A stretch of 64,000 bases of DNA, taken from positions 3,658,001 to 3,722,000 of the forward strand of contig CM119375.1 in the NCBI GenBank assembly GCA_051294905.1, in the 5' to 3' direction. Each line of letters starts with the position of its first letter. Within the stretch, counting starts at the first letter, position 1. This DNA is from Botryllus schlosseri (taxonomy: Eukaryota). The translations under genes and the position numbers were made by a program. Below are positions 1 through 16,200 of this stretch, one piece after another. The notes under the pieces were generated by a model. It saw nothing but the letters and a program-made list of their open reading frames with translations. It was not told the origin of the DNA and did not search any database.

Positions 1-159
1 CTTCTGTTGTTGACAATGTGAACTAGTGTGCAGAAGACAGCAACAATTTGACCAAAGTAAACAGTGGCGATATAGTTGTAACACATGAACCAAAACAACA
101 CCTGAATTTGCTCAAATACATCACTATGATTATATGATACATTCTCAGTAGACTATTAC

Positions 160-3100
160 CTTTTACAAGGCAGCTTGTGTTCTTAATTTTTGAATCCACC
201 GTGAACCAAGCTGTTTTACCAACTTCTCTTCGTTCGAGAACGTAGTTTGTCACGGGACTGCCACCATCGTTTATGACAGGTTTCCAAACCACTGTAACTG
301 ACGTGGCCTCTAGGTCGCCGTATTGCAAAGGTCCTTCGGGCGGATCGCAGCGTCCGATCACGCGCACGGGAATGCAAATCTGGTAAAGAAAGTTATGATA
401 TCCTTGAATCATACGTGGGGGAGGAAATTGATCGAATATGCCGGATTGACTTGCATATTTTAATTCGTCATACAATTGTACAACGGTCTTTTCCATCCTC
501 TACTACTTGCTGACGATTGTTTTAATGAGTTAAATATACGGATTTATTTAAATATAAATATATTATTTAGCTTGATATAGAACTTCTGTACGTCAAGGAG
601 TCTTCAAAAATTTCAATTTCTTCCATCACAGCATCCCTTGCAACAATAAATGTAATATTATACTGTATTCTCTCAAAAGATGTTGTGAAGAAAGTAATAT
701 GAATATCAGTTAATGTTCACTCAATATTTATAGGTACATACTTCTGCGTCTCCGCATTTGTTGACCAGTCTGATTTTATATTCGCCAGCGTCCCTCCTGT
801 CAACATCTCGAATCACAAGCTCCGTGGAATCACTATGGACCGCCACCATGGCTCGGACCGCCAAGTCGACTCCCGCTTTGGACCAGGTCACATGCGGAGG
901 AGGTCTTCCCTTGAAGTTCACAACTAACTTGATCATGTTTCCGCGTTTGACGAGCAATCCGTCTTTCAAAAGCTGCATAAGGAATCACGAGTTAACACAA
1001 ATTTTTTATTGTTAACATATTACTACAGCTGCTGTAATAATAAAAACCAAGTCTGCAAGCCATGCACCCACTTGATCATCCACCAAGAATTCCGGCGGAC
1101 CCGTTTGATCCTTGACAATTACGGCCTTTTCTATCTCAGCCGGCTCACTGACGCCACCTGCGTTGCAAGCTAATATCCGTATAAAATATTCTCCTCCGTC
1201 GGTCATGCCTTTTAGAGTGTATTCGGTGATACGTATCGGGTTTGAGTTACATCTCTCCCACCATGTGTCGTCCTGCAGATGTAAATTTGGAAACAACTGT
1301 AACTGATAAATGACGATTTCTTTTTATCATGATACATCAGGACTAAATGGTTTACAGGTCATTTTTTACGAAGTTTCGCCTTTTGTATCCCATACTACCA
1401 ACATATTTAAACAATAGTCATTACTCATTACTATTTATGCAGCTACAATAATCATACATTTTTGTTTTGATCCAAGCTCGTTTATCCATATTCATTACAA
1501 AATTTGTCTTTTCATTTGCATCAATGTTATATTCCCTATTAACTGTTCACTGTTCTCTGTTACATCGTCAATGTACACAATATATATTACTCCTAATTGC
1601 TGCAGTAAACCCAATGATCACCTTGTCACTTTGATCCAGCTTTCGCAATACATGTATATAAAGCGCTTATATAGCAGTAATTTTCATGTTTTGGTGTCAT
1701 TTTTGCGATGATAAATAAATTCGTTCTTTGTATAACAATATGCAAGTAGACACAAATGAATATGGTAATGACAAAATTAATACAGACCGAGGTAGATTAC
1801 AGTTACCTCAATAACAGAGGCGCTGATGTAATAGCATTTTCATACTCAATTACTAACAAACGACTACAATTTTCTTGTAATCTACGTGCGTCATCAAGTC
1901 ATTTCTGTCGACAAGCTCTGATTAACGCCACCCACCTTTCTCATCTCAACGAAGTAGCCGAGTAGCTTAGCGCCACCCGCATACTCTGGCTTGTCCCAAG
2001 TTAGCGACAATGTCGTTTTGGTGATTTCGGCAACCCGTGGATTCCTTGGAGAGGACGGCACAGTCACTGCTTCTTGGCAGACCACAGCTGGTGATTCGTC
2101 ACTTGGTCTGAAATGGATATTTACCATTGATACGAAAAGAATATATTCCACTGTGGCGGCATTTAAGTGCCATATATCACAATTAGGGCATTATGGTTCC
2201 AAAACGGTAATGCGGAATGTTGAGAATATAATTTTATTACCACCAGGGGATTATAATGCCAGTTCTGACATTACATTAAAGAATATTTTGCGTTTTATCG
2301 CACTTTGTTACAATGCTGCGGTTGGTTAGGAATTCAGAGGCATGACATATCTACTAACGTGCGTAGTTTTGCGATACATGTTTCCAGGGTTGTAATGACT
2401 CGACTCGAGACGCGATTGTTTGGTGACTTGAGTCAGTTTTTGTATGACTCGAATTTTACTCAAGTCATTGTGCCATGACTCGAGACTAGGACGGCAAAGA
2501 CAGACATTTCATTGTAACTACGAAGAACAGTAAAGTTACTGCATTATTGGTATTTCGTCTATCAGTCCTGATACTTGAAAATAAGGCCAGGAACTGTTGA
2601 ACTTCGGTAAATTTCTATAATATAAACGCGAGCCATTCTATATCACTGGAGCAGAGTTGAATAAAGAGGGTTGAACCAGATTGAACTGAAAACCGACTAG
2701 TGAACATATAATATTGATACATCAGTAATAATAATAGTTATTACCTCTCTAATGGCATATTCACCAGGTGCCTAATTCAACATAGCAAATTCACTGGTAA
2801 CATCATTTATACTCACTTTCCATCTCCTTTGATATTGACAGCGTAAACACGGAACACATATTCAACACCTTCGATCAAACCGCTGCAAACGTAGCGTAAC
2901 TGGGTGATCGGATTCCGAGTGACGTTAACCCATCTCGAGCCCTTCGTCTCTTTCTTTTCGACGACATATCCGGTGATTTCAGTGCCGCCATTTTGAACCG
3001 GTTCGTACCAATTCAAGGTGACCGAATTCTGTGCGACTCCGCTTATTTGAGGAGCGCTTGGAGTTCCAGGTAAAGCTGAAAAAAATAACCATATTGAGTT

Positions 3101-6100
3101 ATTGGTAATAAAGCAAAACTAGAAGCAATTCCATAGATATTCTACTCTAGTATAAGTAGCAATTTGAAAGTAAGTATTGTAGCGAGTATTCTTGGCCTAT
3201 TCTAGCCCTAAAAACATAGGTCGTATAGCCAGAGGGGATCAAAGTAGTTTTCTTTGGTACTCAACTAAAAGTGCGAGTGTCATCGTGAATCTTTACTCAA
3301 TCACATAAACTAAAAGTAGCAATTTCCAAGACGGGTCAAAACTACTGGTACTTCATTACTGAAAACATCTAGATATTGTGCTATCAGATTCAGTTTCAGC
3401 ACTCACAATATTTGCTTTCGATCAGAATTTCTTCAGACAGCAACGGCTTGCTAATGCCCAGTCGATTTTGTGCGATAATTCTGAACGTGTATTCGGCGTC
3501 TTCGATCAATTTCGTGATCTTCATCGTGGTCCTTGTCACAGAGAGAGAAAGAGCATTGTCGATGTAGTTCCACAAATATACATATATACAGAAAGCAAAG
3601 TGTAGACTAATGCAGAGAGATGGTAAAGTCAGCTACAGCATGAATCGAGAATTATAACTTTTCATTCAGTCTGCATGTCTCCTATTTACATGTTCCAGAG
3701 GCCAAGGTGGCTGTTTGATTGAAAGACTACGGCAAGGCTCCTATCTTTTCATGTTATCGCAATCTTGTAGTGTTTTGAAATGATAAAAACGATCGTAAAC
3801 AAAAAAGAACCAGATAGAAGGCAACAATTATTAATGTGAAAACACAACGTAGAAAGCTAGGACAAAATCACAGCGATCTTCAAATAACGCAATAGAAACA
3901 AAATATCAATCAATCCAGGAAGCCTTTAACCACACTCACAGAAATACGTTAAATTCTGGAATCAGTACGGAGAAATCACAAAAAATTACATATGCAGTGC
4001 CAGAGCCGTCAAATTTAGCGATAAGACTGTTGATACACAGAGTTTTGTTTTGAAATCTCTACTATCTGCTGACTATTACCACTGACGAGTGTCAGGTGAG
4101 AATATTCGGGTTTATTTCAATATCAATTTACTACTCAATTGTTTATCAGAGTTCTGTATCTCCAAGAGTCTGTATAAAAACACATACCTCGTAACTGTAT
4201 CGCTGACAATAACCCAAGTTGGTCTGTGGGCTTCTCGTTTTTCGACAATGTAATTGCTGATACTGGCACCACCATCGTACAGCGGCGGCTTCCACGATAA
4301 TATCACCGAGTTGGCAGTCACATCATTCATCTCAACTGGTCCTTCCGGGGCTAACGGCGCGTCTAAAATCACACCATCGCCGGCATTGAAATATTTTGTA
4401 CCAAATATGATAATAATCAATAGTCCTTCATACCAAGCACGATAACTTGAATTAGCTGGGTGCACGTTCCAGATGAATTAGTCAAAGTCAGCCTATAGTC
4501 GCCACGGTCAGCCACTGTAGATTCACGGATCTCTAAGGATGCCAGATTGCTTGTTGTCTTCGTCGTGGTTCTGTTGAGATCTTCCTTTACGACATTATGA
4601 TCTTTCGACCATTGTGCTGCAGGCTGAGGGAGTCCAGTAATAGCCAGATTCAGCTTGATAGGTTGTCCTGCTTTGACGTAGACTGTTTTGTCGGTGTTTT
4701 CGGAAAATTCAACAGTCGGAATGGCTGTATCATTTCAATACTTGTTAGTATTATTAAATTTTAGTCAAACTTTCATCGATTCACTTACCTAACTGATCTT
4801 TTACAGTTACGGAAGATAAAATTTCTTTGGGTTCGCTGAATCCGTTCTCGTTTTTGGCTCGCACTCGGAAGAAATAGTCCTGACCCTCTCGCAGGCCTTT
4901 CACGGTGTGACGTAGATCTTTGGTGGTGTGCACAGGGATCCAATTTTCATGTCCTGGTGCGAATAACTCGATTAGCATGATTTGGGATTCGTTTGCGTCA
5001 CTTTATATGTGAAATTGCCATAGGGACTCGTCAAGATAGCCCCTTTATCAAGGTAACTGAATATATTTTCGTAAAGTGCACCTACTTGTAGATTCATGTA
5101 TTATCATATTTGGTTAGTCACAGAGTTACACCCAGCAATGTTAGAAGTTGATATATATATGCATCTTAGGATTATTACTCACCTTTCTCCATCATTTCAA
5201 GCAGATATCCCTGTATTCTAGATCCACCGTCTTGCAATGGCTGTTTCCACTCCAATGAAACCGTGGACTTGGTAATATCGGTGACCTGAGTATGCAATTT
5301 AGCATGTATAAATATAAATAATGATAATAAATAATGGCGAATAATAATTTACACAGTGCTGTATATAGAAATATATCATCTCTACACAAGGGTCCTGTTC
5401 ACTAAGGCAATAAAATATAAACAGAATATTGATATGTATAATAGACGGAGTGCGTAGTTGTTTAGATCACAGAACGGTCGGATATTACTTCTATCGCATC
5501 TGGCGCTGAAGGTTGTTCCGAGACTTTAACAGCATCTTCCGTATCGCGGCCGTCACCGATCCCGTATTCATTCTCAGCCAGCACTCTGAAGTAATAGCTG
5601 CATCCTTCCTGGAGATTGGGGACCTTGTAGCTGGTCTTTGAACATTTTGTCACGACCGTGTTCCAAGCCTGTCTGGTTGCGTCTCGCTTTTGAACTATGT
5701 AGTTACGAACGGAGCTGCCTCCGTCCATTTCGGGCGGTTCCCATGCTACGGTGACACTGTTACGAGTGACCTCGCGTACTTTGATAGCGGCGGGCGCACC
5801 GGGAGAGTCTGAAAATATACATAATCAGTAAGGTGATTTTTTCACCTAACACAGAAGATTTTGACCTATAAATGAAAGTTTTGTCATTTCTTGATGTTAC
5901 ATAACTTAATTTCGACAAAATGTTGCCCTCATGTATGTAAATTAGGCGTTTTCGCACGTTACAATTGTACTACTGATCTTCATTTCTGGTTGAAACTGTC
6001 TGTCCTTACTGAGAAGTTGTGTCTGAAAAAACTCTTTGACTAAAAAACTGACAAAGTTTTACATGAAAAATCTTTATTTTAACGAAATCTGGACCTATGA

Positions 6101-7207
6101 CCCTTATAATCAGTTTTTGTCTTTCGGATGGAAGGCGTAGACGATAATTTAAAATCCAATTCTGTATGAATTTGCGGACATCAGTCCAGTTTCTATACCA
6201 AGTTGGAGCAAGTCATCATTTGAGGTTATAAAGATTTATTAAGTACACTCTTTGGCTGAAAACGATGGGTTAATTGTCACTCGACAGCAAAACAGATTAC
6301 CAGAGATGTTCAGTAACGGAATACTACTTCTACTTCACAATTTTCAGATTTTTAGGTAAGACTAGGCTTAAAATACTTACCCCTTTTACGTACTCGGAAA
6401 TCGCTAATTCTACCTGTGCTTAGTTGAAATTTAGGACACCAACTATAAATACCTTGAAAGCCTCTGTGGATTACATATGAAAGGTAATTCATGTATAAAT
6501 ACAATACAAATACAAATACAAACTTATATAAAAACGATCATGGTTCTAAATTGATCGGGCCTTCTTACCAAAGACCTTGACGTTGATATGAGCTTCCTTC
6601 ACGCCAGACGCGTTTTCGACAGTGATCGTGTATTTTCCAGCGTCGTAACGGTTTGTTTTTTCGATCAAAAGTTTTGACGCGGCTTCGTGTGTGTCTACGA
6701 TTGCCCGCAAAGCCAAATTTTCACCCGACGGAGATTTTGACCAGCTAACAGACGGACTTGGACGCCCTGAATTGGAATAATTGGTATCAGGAATAGTTTC
6801 AGCAACACTTGTGTTGATCATGGTTACAACTGGTCGAAGTTGAGAGCTTATCTAAAACTTAATAGGTTCTTGGCGATACAGAACTTCAATGCGCAATTGA
6901 ATACTATATTCATAGTGAAATAAAACTGATTATTTACTTCAAACTTCTTTCAAAATCTTTACTAGTTGCTGACGATAATTCCTGATGAGTGTCAGCCGCA
7001 GATATTCGAGTTTATTTCAATATCGATATATTATTTTATTATAAAACTGAATATTATGATAGTTACTTGAGCAATGTGGTAAAGCTGTATAAAAATGAAC
7101 AGCAAACTTGAAATTACTTGCCTGATACAAATACCATAAGCCGTAACGGTTTTCCGGCTCGTACTGATACGCTTCTCCCAATGCTTCCGTCTATTGTCAA
7201 AGAAGGC
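160..7207 (-). CDS. TTN: Titin super-repeat g (partial; C11-like, last C-zone repeat)
   Basis: Exons 7122-7245 (part), 6569-6766, 5489-5808, 5183-5285, 4789-4953, 4434-4724, 4188-4362, 3407-3531, 2817-3075, 1936-2107, 1072-1272, 742-972, 160-379. Distinctive motifs [49 protein letters not shown]...NKCG and PEGPLQY...[15 protein letters not shown] resemble the last vertebrate C-zone repeat as I recall it. Confidence 0.8.
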
Positions 7208-10200
7208 TCTTCTTCAACATCTCTAGTGGTTACAGTCTCTGCAATCTGTTGTACATAATACATCTCATTATGCATTCTCAAAGTGGAATTTAACGACCAA
7301 GTGCAGGAATTCAGTTCAAGCAGGTTTGTGTCTTATATATATAAACGTGACAAAGTACAATTTGTTGAGGTATAAAACGATTTTTTTACAGTCTGCGCTA
7401 AACTTCTATGGCTGCATAGGTTTCTTGCAACAAGTTATCGCGACGAGTTACCTTGGCAGGAGTATCACTTCGAGCGGCACAGTTGGCTGAGAATACGCGG
7501 AACGTATATTCGCGACCCTCTTTCAAACCAGTCACAGTAAATTCTTTCGTCTTGATGAGACTGGACTGATGAACTCTGCAAATGATGACGAATTGATACA
7601 ACAACAGAACAATATAGTATTCCACATTAATCATAATAGGTCAAGTCAATTTCTGAGAGATGATTACTGAAGCTATACGATAATTAGCATTAACTCATTT
7701 GCCAACAAGAATTCTAGATTCAATACGATTTTCCACTGTGAAAGCCGTGAAACCTCCATCGGCCGTCTCGCAGTATACGAAAAATGTAACACAAAGCTAT
7801 GCACGTTAGTGACAATGACATAAACGTGAAGTTATGATCAACCTACAGAAATAGGTATGGTCAAAAAATGCCAAGTTTTCTTTATTATGATATAGAACTG
7901 GCATAATATTTCCGCGGTCTCTTCAAAGGTACATATTTCAATTTTCCACATCGTTTGTACCGTCATATATGCGAATATATACACAAATTTATCTGTATCT
8001 GGCATTATTTTCTTTGTGCTCATATAAAAGGTACATATCTGGACTTTGTGCATCATACATACTGTAATGATGTCATACTGAGATTTACTGATATACTACA
8101 AACCTAATACTGAATTTTGAATCAAATCACTCAGGTACTAGTAGCAACATACTTTTTCCAATCTTCATCTTGGTCCGGTAAGCACTCTGCCATTTCCAGC
8201 AAATATCCAACAATAGGACTACCGCCGTCGTACAGCGGCATGTTCCAAGCCAGACTGATCGACGAGCGCGTTGTGTCGGTGATTCTAAAACCTCCTGGTG
8301 CGGCCGGGGGAAATAGCGGATCTTGTACTTTTATCATGGGGCTAGGTTCACTGAAGGGCCCGGCGCCAGCTGCGTTTTCAGCACACACGCGGAACTCCCA
8401 TTCCGAATGGGGACGCAGCTTTGCGGCTTTGTAGCGCAAGTCGGTTATTTCAGTATCCTTATTGCATCTAAAAATGTGTTTAAACATACATAAAGTTGAA
8501 TAAATCATAAAAAACAATGACAAGTATAATGATAAACGATAACAAATCTAGCAAATCCAAAAGATTCAATATGATCCGAAAAATCACTTTATCGGAAACC
8601 GTGAATATTCTTTGGACCTTGAATGCACCACTGGACTAATTTACACTTGAACTCAAAAGTAATGGCATAGCTTCTGTATTTTCGAATCTTTGTTTTCAAT
8701 TATCCCACCTCTAAAACCTTTGCCAATTCTTAATATAACCTAGTTTTATTCATGTATTGAACATATGTTGTTATTTTAAATTCTAAAGAGTTGCTGACAT
8801 TTACCCCTGACGAGTCTCAGTTGGGAATATATAGGTTTATTTCAATATGAATATATTATTCACTATTAATAACAATTTGACATTATAACTGAATTTACTC
8901 CAATCTCGACATTTTACTTAGGGAGCATGCTGCCCCATGATTGTGTGAGTATTCACCACTTTTACTGCGAATAAAGATCATAGCAACAATAATTAATGAA
9001 TAAAAAAATATACTGACACCAAAAATGATAAATTAGAAATTTAAGGTGATCTACCTTGACCATCGGAAGCCTTGTTTTTCTCGCTTTTCAATGATGAAAT
9101 TTGAAATTTCATTACCACCGTCTGTGGTCGGTCTATCCCAAGATATCGTCAGAGAATCCTTAGTGGTAGCGACCATCTCAGGCCTACCAGGAGCAGATGG
9201 CACATCTAAACGTAAGACATACAATCATGATTCATATTTGCTTCTTTACATTACAGTATTGTATATGTACCGAATTGATTTTTCGCAATCAAAGGTGCAG
9301 ATTCCAGAGAAGGACCACGACCGTGTTTATTAACAGCAGCCACACGGAATATGTATTCGTTGTTGGCCACTAGTTTCGGGATCGTGCAACTGGTGTGTTC
9401 GTTACTGTCATGGACAGACACCCAACTAAGTCTTGATGTTTCTCTCTTTTCGATGACGTAATGTGTGATTTGTGCACCACCGTCTTCATCAGGCCTGTCC
9501 CAAGCGATGTTACATTTCTCTGCGGATACTCTGCTGAATTGTATGGGTCCTTTTGGAATACCAGGAGTATCTTAACACAAAATAAGATTTGTAATTTCCT
9601 GAGAACCTAGCTTCACTGTAATATTCATACCGAGGACTTTAACATTGACTGTCACACTTTTTTCTCCACAATCATTTCTCAATGTTATTGCATATTTGGC
9701 GCTGTCCGATCTGTTACAATCGCGAATATGCAAAGATGTTAATCCCGGTAGGGTGGTAATTTGAGCATGGTCTGAAGATTCCAGATCTCTCTCGCCTTTG
9801 TACCAATAAACCTGAATTAAAAAATATCAGTTAATTATGGTTGAGTGTTTCATAAACAATTTCATCCTGAAAAACACAGCAAGATTGCGATACAATGAAA
9901 AGATAGGAAGGTGTCGAAACTACTTGGAGTTTGACTTTGATATCAGACACCCATCTGGGCCTGGGTGATCTAAAGAAGAGGCATCCACACCAAATGGAAA
10001 GTAATAGAAAGAACATAGTAAAGGGCAAGCGATGCATATGTGTCTCATATGTATATATCATATCAGATACATCAGATCATGGTCTGGTGATATCAAGCTC
10101 TGGCTAGTAATAAATGTCATTCAATAGAAGCAGCTTGTATTTCGACTTGAATGCGGACATGCTCGACAACTGTTGGAGCTATTCAAATCTGATATTTTCG

Positions 10201-13200
10201 AAACTTACGTTAGGCTCTGGTTTTCCTTGTATCACTGCGTCCAGTTTGAGCGTAGTACCGGCTTTTACCTCAACCACGTCTGATATAAGCTTACTGTCTA
10301 GCTCAATGCTAGGAGGCTCTGGATTTGTAAAGAATATTTCAATGAGATTTATTAAAGTATTGAAAAACTACATTTGAGAACTTACTGTACGTAGGCTTGC
10401 AAGTGATTGGCCCGAAAATATCAGATGGTTGACCGACTGTGCCTACTGAGTTTTTCGCAGTGATTCTGAACTCGTAAGTATCGTTTGGCGTTAATCCCGT
10501 GACTTCGTAAAAGCAATCTACGACTTTCGCGAAGTTGCATTTCAGCCATCTTCCGTCTGGGACGTGCCTTCTTTCGACGTTATATCTGCAGTGTATGAAT
10601 TATGTGTGGTCACATGTGGTCAAAGTAGTTGTAATACCAATAACGTTGTAAGTTTATTCTCAATTACAAGTAGAAGTAGAAAGTGTAATGTCTATAAAGT
10701 ACTGAATTATGCAGTTTCAAGCCGTAAATTTAGTCGACGGGAAGCATGCTATTACCAGTTATTCGTGGAAGGTTTCATTTCAAATCACAAGATGTATGTT
10801 AGCGCCTAATGCAAAATATCGTATAACACTACAAATAGGAGTAATCTTTGAAAATTTACTCAGTTACCGAGATACAGGGGCTCTTTAACGAATCTATTTG
10901 GACAATTTCACTGAAAAAAGTAGGGAAAAGTTATCGTAAAACTGTTTTACTACTCAATGTCAAAGTAAGTAATATTGACCTAAAACAGTTAGGTAGAAAT
11001 GGAATGACTTTAAAAATATAGTCACCTAGGTAATTATCGAACGCGGGCAAAACCTATTTGAGTACTTCTAAATAGAAATGTCACTTTGGTACTGATCGCA
11101 TTTGGATTTATGTCCATACTGTGCGCTATGTCAAGTATTTCAGAAGCGGGCAATAACTTACGATGCAATCCTGCTGCCACCGTCGGAAATAGGCGGTTTC
11201 CATGCCAAAGAGATAGAATTCCTGGACATGTCCGTGATCTTGATATCGAACGGCGGACCCACAGAGCTGATGGCTTGCACGGGTTTACTGGCGTCGCTGT
11301 AATTACTCAAGCCTACTTCGTTTTCTGCTTGCACTCGGAATTGATACTCCAATCCTTCCAGCAATCCTAACACAAAACACATAACACTGAATCTCACTCT
11401 AATAATAGATCTACAATGTTACATACCTTTCACGACGTAAGTCAGTGATGATATTGATTTTTCAGTGTCTTTCTGCCATAGAATTGAGTTCTTTTCCTTC
11501 TTTTCAACGTAATAACCGGTGATTAGGCTTCCTCCATCATGCACTGGTTCATCCCAGGTTAACGTGGCTGAATCTCGTGTCATTTTGGTTACAGTTGGAG
11601 TACCAGGACATTTAGGTATAGCTGTGAAAATATTATAAACTCTTGTAAAAAACTCAGAATTCCATTAAGAACCACCCTTACTATGTACCAAGGAAACTTA
11701 ACTGGTGGACAGCGGTCTGAATTCAGACCTTTTGAGTGTTGCATCTGGACCTTGTTAGTCTCAGTATTTATATAGTTTTTTTTTATTTAACAAGAGCAAA
11801 TATTTAAAGAACTAGCAAGATATAAAATCATGGCAATTCTCTCACTAGCTGTGACTAACAAAATGACAAATACTATTTTCTTAATGCTTTGCTATCACCA
11901 CCATACTAGATTTGACATATAGTTATCCAATATTACATTTGTGTGACTATAGATTATTTAATGAGAGTTATAACGGACCTAAGCCAATTTCAAACTTTTA
12001 AAACTGGACCTTTGCGAAAAATAGTTGAGTAGCCCTGTTGTACACTATCTGCCACATAAGTTATAGTTGGTAAAATATCTGAAATTCCATGATTTGACAT
12101 CATAATTGTTTTAATAGACAAGATATAACTGAACAATTCAATCTTACTGCTCTGATAGTCAGCTTTGCATACATCCGATACCAATGGTTCACCGAGTCCA
12201 AATCTACTCTCCGCAGTCACTCGGAATTGGTAATCGGTGTCTCTAACAAGTCGTCCAATCTTTGAACAAAAACGACCGCATAAAACCTGGTATTTCAATT
12301 CGTTCAGCGGTCAATTACCTTTAATGTTGTCCTTGTAGTGCACGCTGAGACTGGGGTCCATGTGGATCTCCCGAATTCTCTGTAATCTACGGTGTAATTG
12401 GTAATTTCGCTGCCACCAGTTTCTTCAGGAGGCTGCCAGGAGATAGTGATAGAGTCTGCTGTCACGTCTGAAAACTCTATAGGACCAGATGGTGGTCCAG
12501 GCTTATCTGCAAAAGGAATAGTCTTAAATTCCATGTACTATTTTAGAAAGATTCTGCTACATACCGAGCACTACGACGTTGATTTTATGCGTCTGTTCAC
12601 CAGAGTTGTTGACCAATTTGAGACTGTATTCACCGGCATCATTTTTCTCTGCATTCCTGATCACTAGTGCGGTATTTTCCGCAGTTGTAGTCATGGATGT
12701 TCTTTCAGTTTCTGAAAAAAGCAATGTGCTCTAAGCTAACCTTTCCAAGCTAGAGGATAAGGCATGATTAGGGAACTGTGATATAATTGATTAAATTGTA
12801 TCTGTGCATTTTAGAGAGAGAATCTTTATTTTTTAACCATGCTAATCAATTGCATATATAACACTAAATGAAATTGAGTTCACTATGATATACATATGAG
12901 CAAGGTATAGATGGGCGGCTCGATATAGCAAAGCCATCAAAGCCGAGCCACACATGCCAGGAGCATTTTACTACAGAATTCGTTCACTCAAAACTTTAAA
13001 TTAACGAACAAAGATACATTTGTATTGTATAAAAAAGGAAACAAGAAATAGTATCGCGAAAATTAATGAATACAATTGAGACCAGGGTCATTCGGCCATT
13101 GTAAATACAAGTTAGCGACTAGGAAATCAAGTAAATCATATTACTTCACAGCAATGTATCTCCAAAAACCACTGAAACTATCAAACTGCAACATTCCTGA

Positions 13201-16200
13201 AGGCATATGAGATACCTTTCAATTTGATTCCCTGCACCGTCCATGTAACTTCGGGTGTTGGTTTACCAACTATTGGTATGTCCACATTGATGTTCGAGCC
13301 GGATTTCACTGTGACGGTATTGTGGTAAACACCACGCAGATCGGCTTCAGGCAGTACTGAGGTGCAAAACAAAACATACAACAAATTCAAGCAAAGGACC
13401 ACTATTGGAAGTATGAGACTTCTATATACAATTGAAAAATATATCCATACTGAAATAAACCCATAAAATTAGAATAGTCAATAATCCGCCAACCTATTTT
13501 GTGTATAATTCCAACATAGTAGACTCAGCTTAAGCCATATGTTTTTTCTCAAATTTTCACGTCGAAAGACAAGTTTATTTCCATAATATGAGAAAATAAT
13601 TCAATGAACTGGTAGCCAGCGATACAACCATTTGGTCTCATTATACAGCAAGGCTCATAGATGTTATAAATATGGATATATGTTGTAAACAGTTTAATGC
13701 AGTGATATATAGCACAATATATTTTAATGTAATATGCATCTATATATGCGTGTGATATCATATTTGGTGACACGATTGTTGATATACAAATATCTTTTCA
13801 ATTCTCTTCTATTTGCTGACAATTACAACTGACGTTAGCCGAAAATATTCAGCTTTATTTCGATATGAAAATATTATTTTACATTTCCGAATGATTACCT
13901 TGTTCATCTTTTGTCAGTACAGAACAGAACGCGTCACGCGCTTCACCCACTCCTGCGTCGTTCTTGGCTCTCACTCTCACCTCATATTCGAGGCCTTCTC
14001 TCAAATTACCCACAGTGTGAGCGAACACCGAACCTTTCGTGCGTGCGCACTCTGTAAATTTAGGATTGCCCTTCTCGCACATCTCCAATATGTAAGCGCT
14101 GATCCGGCTTCCGCCGTCGTATTCAGGCCGTCCCCATGATACAGTGATAGAATGCTTAGTTACATTGTCGATATCCAGTTTGGTAGGTATGCCGGGCACT
14201 TCTGTGGCTGTGATAGGAGATTCTGTTTCTCTAGGCACGCCAATTCCGTATTCATTTTCCGGAAGGACTCTAAATAGGTAGGTCTGCCCTTCTTGTAGGC
14301 TTGTGATTTTGAACGATGTTCTCGAGCATTTCGTGGCCACTGTCTGCCAGCTTTTTCTGGACACCTCTCTCTTTTCAACGATGTAATTCTTGACGTGGGC
14401 GCCTCCGTCGATAATGGGCGGCTCCCATGATAACGTCGCAGAGTCGCAGGTGACTTCTTTGCATGTAATCGGCCCCACGGGTCCAGGAGAATCTAAATTC
14501 GTATTATATGTCGTCATCAACATAGATAAAAATCTACGCGCGGCAAAACAAACTTTGAAAGTAAATTCGTAATATGGTGACTAAAAAAGTGAACACTATT
14601 GCTAGTTTAAATGATGGCCTCATCGACGAAATTGTGTCTGCAAGTCAAAAATCAGGACAAATCTGAGAAATAAGCTTTAGAGAACGACAGAGAAACCAGG
14701 TCTGATGAGGATAACGTAGTTTTAATAAACAACATCCTTCAAAATTAGTTATGTCAACCCTGCGTATTTCATAGTACGTTTAAGAGTTAACCATATAAAC
14801 AACAAACTTAGGAATCTAAACCAGGGGACTAGATTTAAGAAGTCAATGAAACACAATTGCTGCGTCTTTTATAACATCTGTCCTTGTTTTGTCTTATTTC
14901 CAAAGCTCGCCACAGGCGACAAGCGAAAATAAAGATTTTTTTGTTTATCACATAGTTTTTTTCAAGCAACAACTAAACCAGATGGTAATACAAGGACATA
15001 ATTAGGGCGAAAGTGAGTAAGGGTAAAGAACCGCGTACTAACCCAAAACTTTCACTGTTAAATTCAACGTCTTCTCTCCTGCACTGCTCTCAAGCCTGAG
15101 AACGTATTTCCCGGAATCCTCTCTCGTGGTGGCATTAATTAACAGTAGAGTGGAGTAATCGGTCGTGGTGATTTCGGCGCGGTCCTGCAGCTCCACGTCT
15201 GACTTGTGCCACGTCACGGAAGGTCTGGGCCTTCCGAAGTAGAGGACGAATAGTCTCAGCGAGCAGCCGGCCCTCACTACGTAATGGGACTTGAAATCGG
15301 CGTCGATTTGGAAATCAGGAGCTTCAAGTCGATCTGTGACTGTCACCTGCGTAAAAGATGTAACAATGCTTGAAAAAGTTACATACAAAAAGATTTTTAA
15401 TATACAGTTGAATAGTATATTCATATTGAAATAAACCTGTCAGGGGTGATCGTCAGCAACTAGTAGAGAACATAAAATACCATTGTACATCAACAATCGT
15501 ATCACCGAATATGACGTCACCAGCATGAAAATTCGAATAGTCAAGGCCAACAGACGGCTTAAGCTCAATGCACTAGTTGGATAGATATTTGATAAATTTT
15601 TGTCATCATCTTACATTGCCTGAGGCTTCGGTTGCGTCACCGGGTCCTGCGGTGTTAACGGCTCTGACCCGGAAGTTATATTCCAATCCAGAAGACAAAT
15701 TTGGAACGACGTATTCGCAGGACTTGACAGTGTCCGGATTCATGCGTACCCATTCCTCGTCAATGCCCGATTCTTTGAAAAGAGAAAATCAAAGGATGAG
15801 GTTATGTAGTAGGCAGACTAAATTACTTTTTTAGAATAAACAAGGACATTTTGTCCATCGGTACTTGCACTAATAACTCATTTGGTTTCATTTTCACACA
15901 ACTTCCAATTCTACCTAATAATTTCTTTGGCAAAACTGCTTACTTTTGCAATTTGGATTTTATGGCGTAGAAAATTGTTTTGGGATATGCCCGCATCACA
16001 GTTATAAGTGGATTTGTCATAACAAATGTTCGAAAGAGCTCCTGTATTTCTCTGTATATGGATAAGTTTTAGAATATCGGACCAATTCGTAGAGTCATCA
16101 ATCGCTTTCTACCATATACCATGCAATTTTGACAGTAGCCACCTTCCATAGACTGACTGACCCCTTGACCAATGGGTTCTCATCCAGGGTGCTATCTGGA

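Noticed and set aside
3532-3545. Intron end encodes S-V-T-R, mirroring the upstream exon end T-V-T-R (possible intron birth by duplication)
   Set aside because: Only about 6 of 8 nt match, and two of them are the obligatory AG, so it is compatible with chance.
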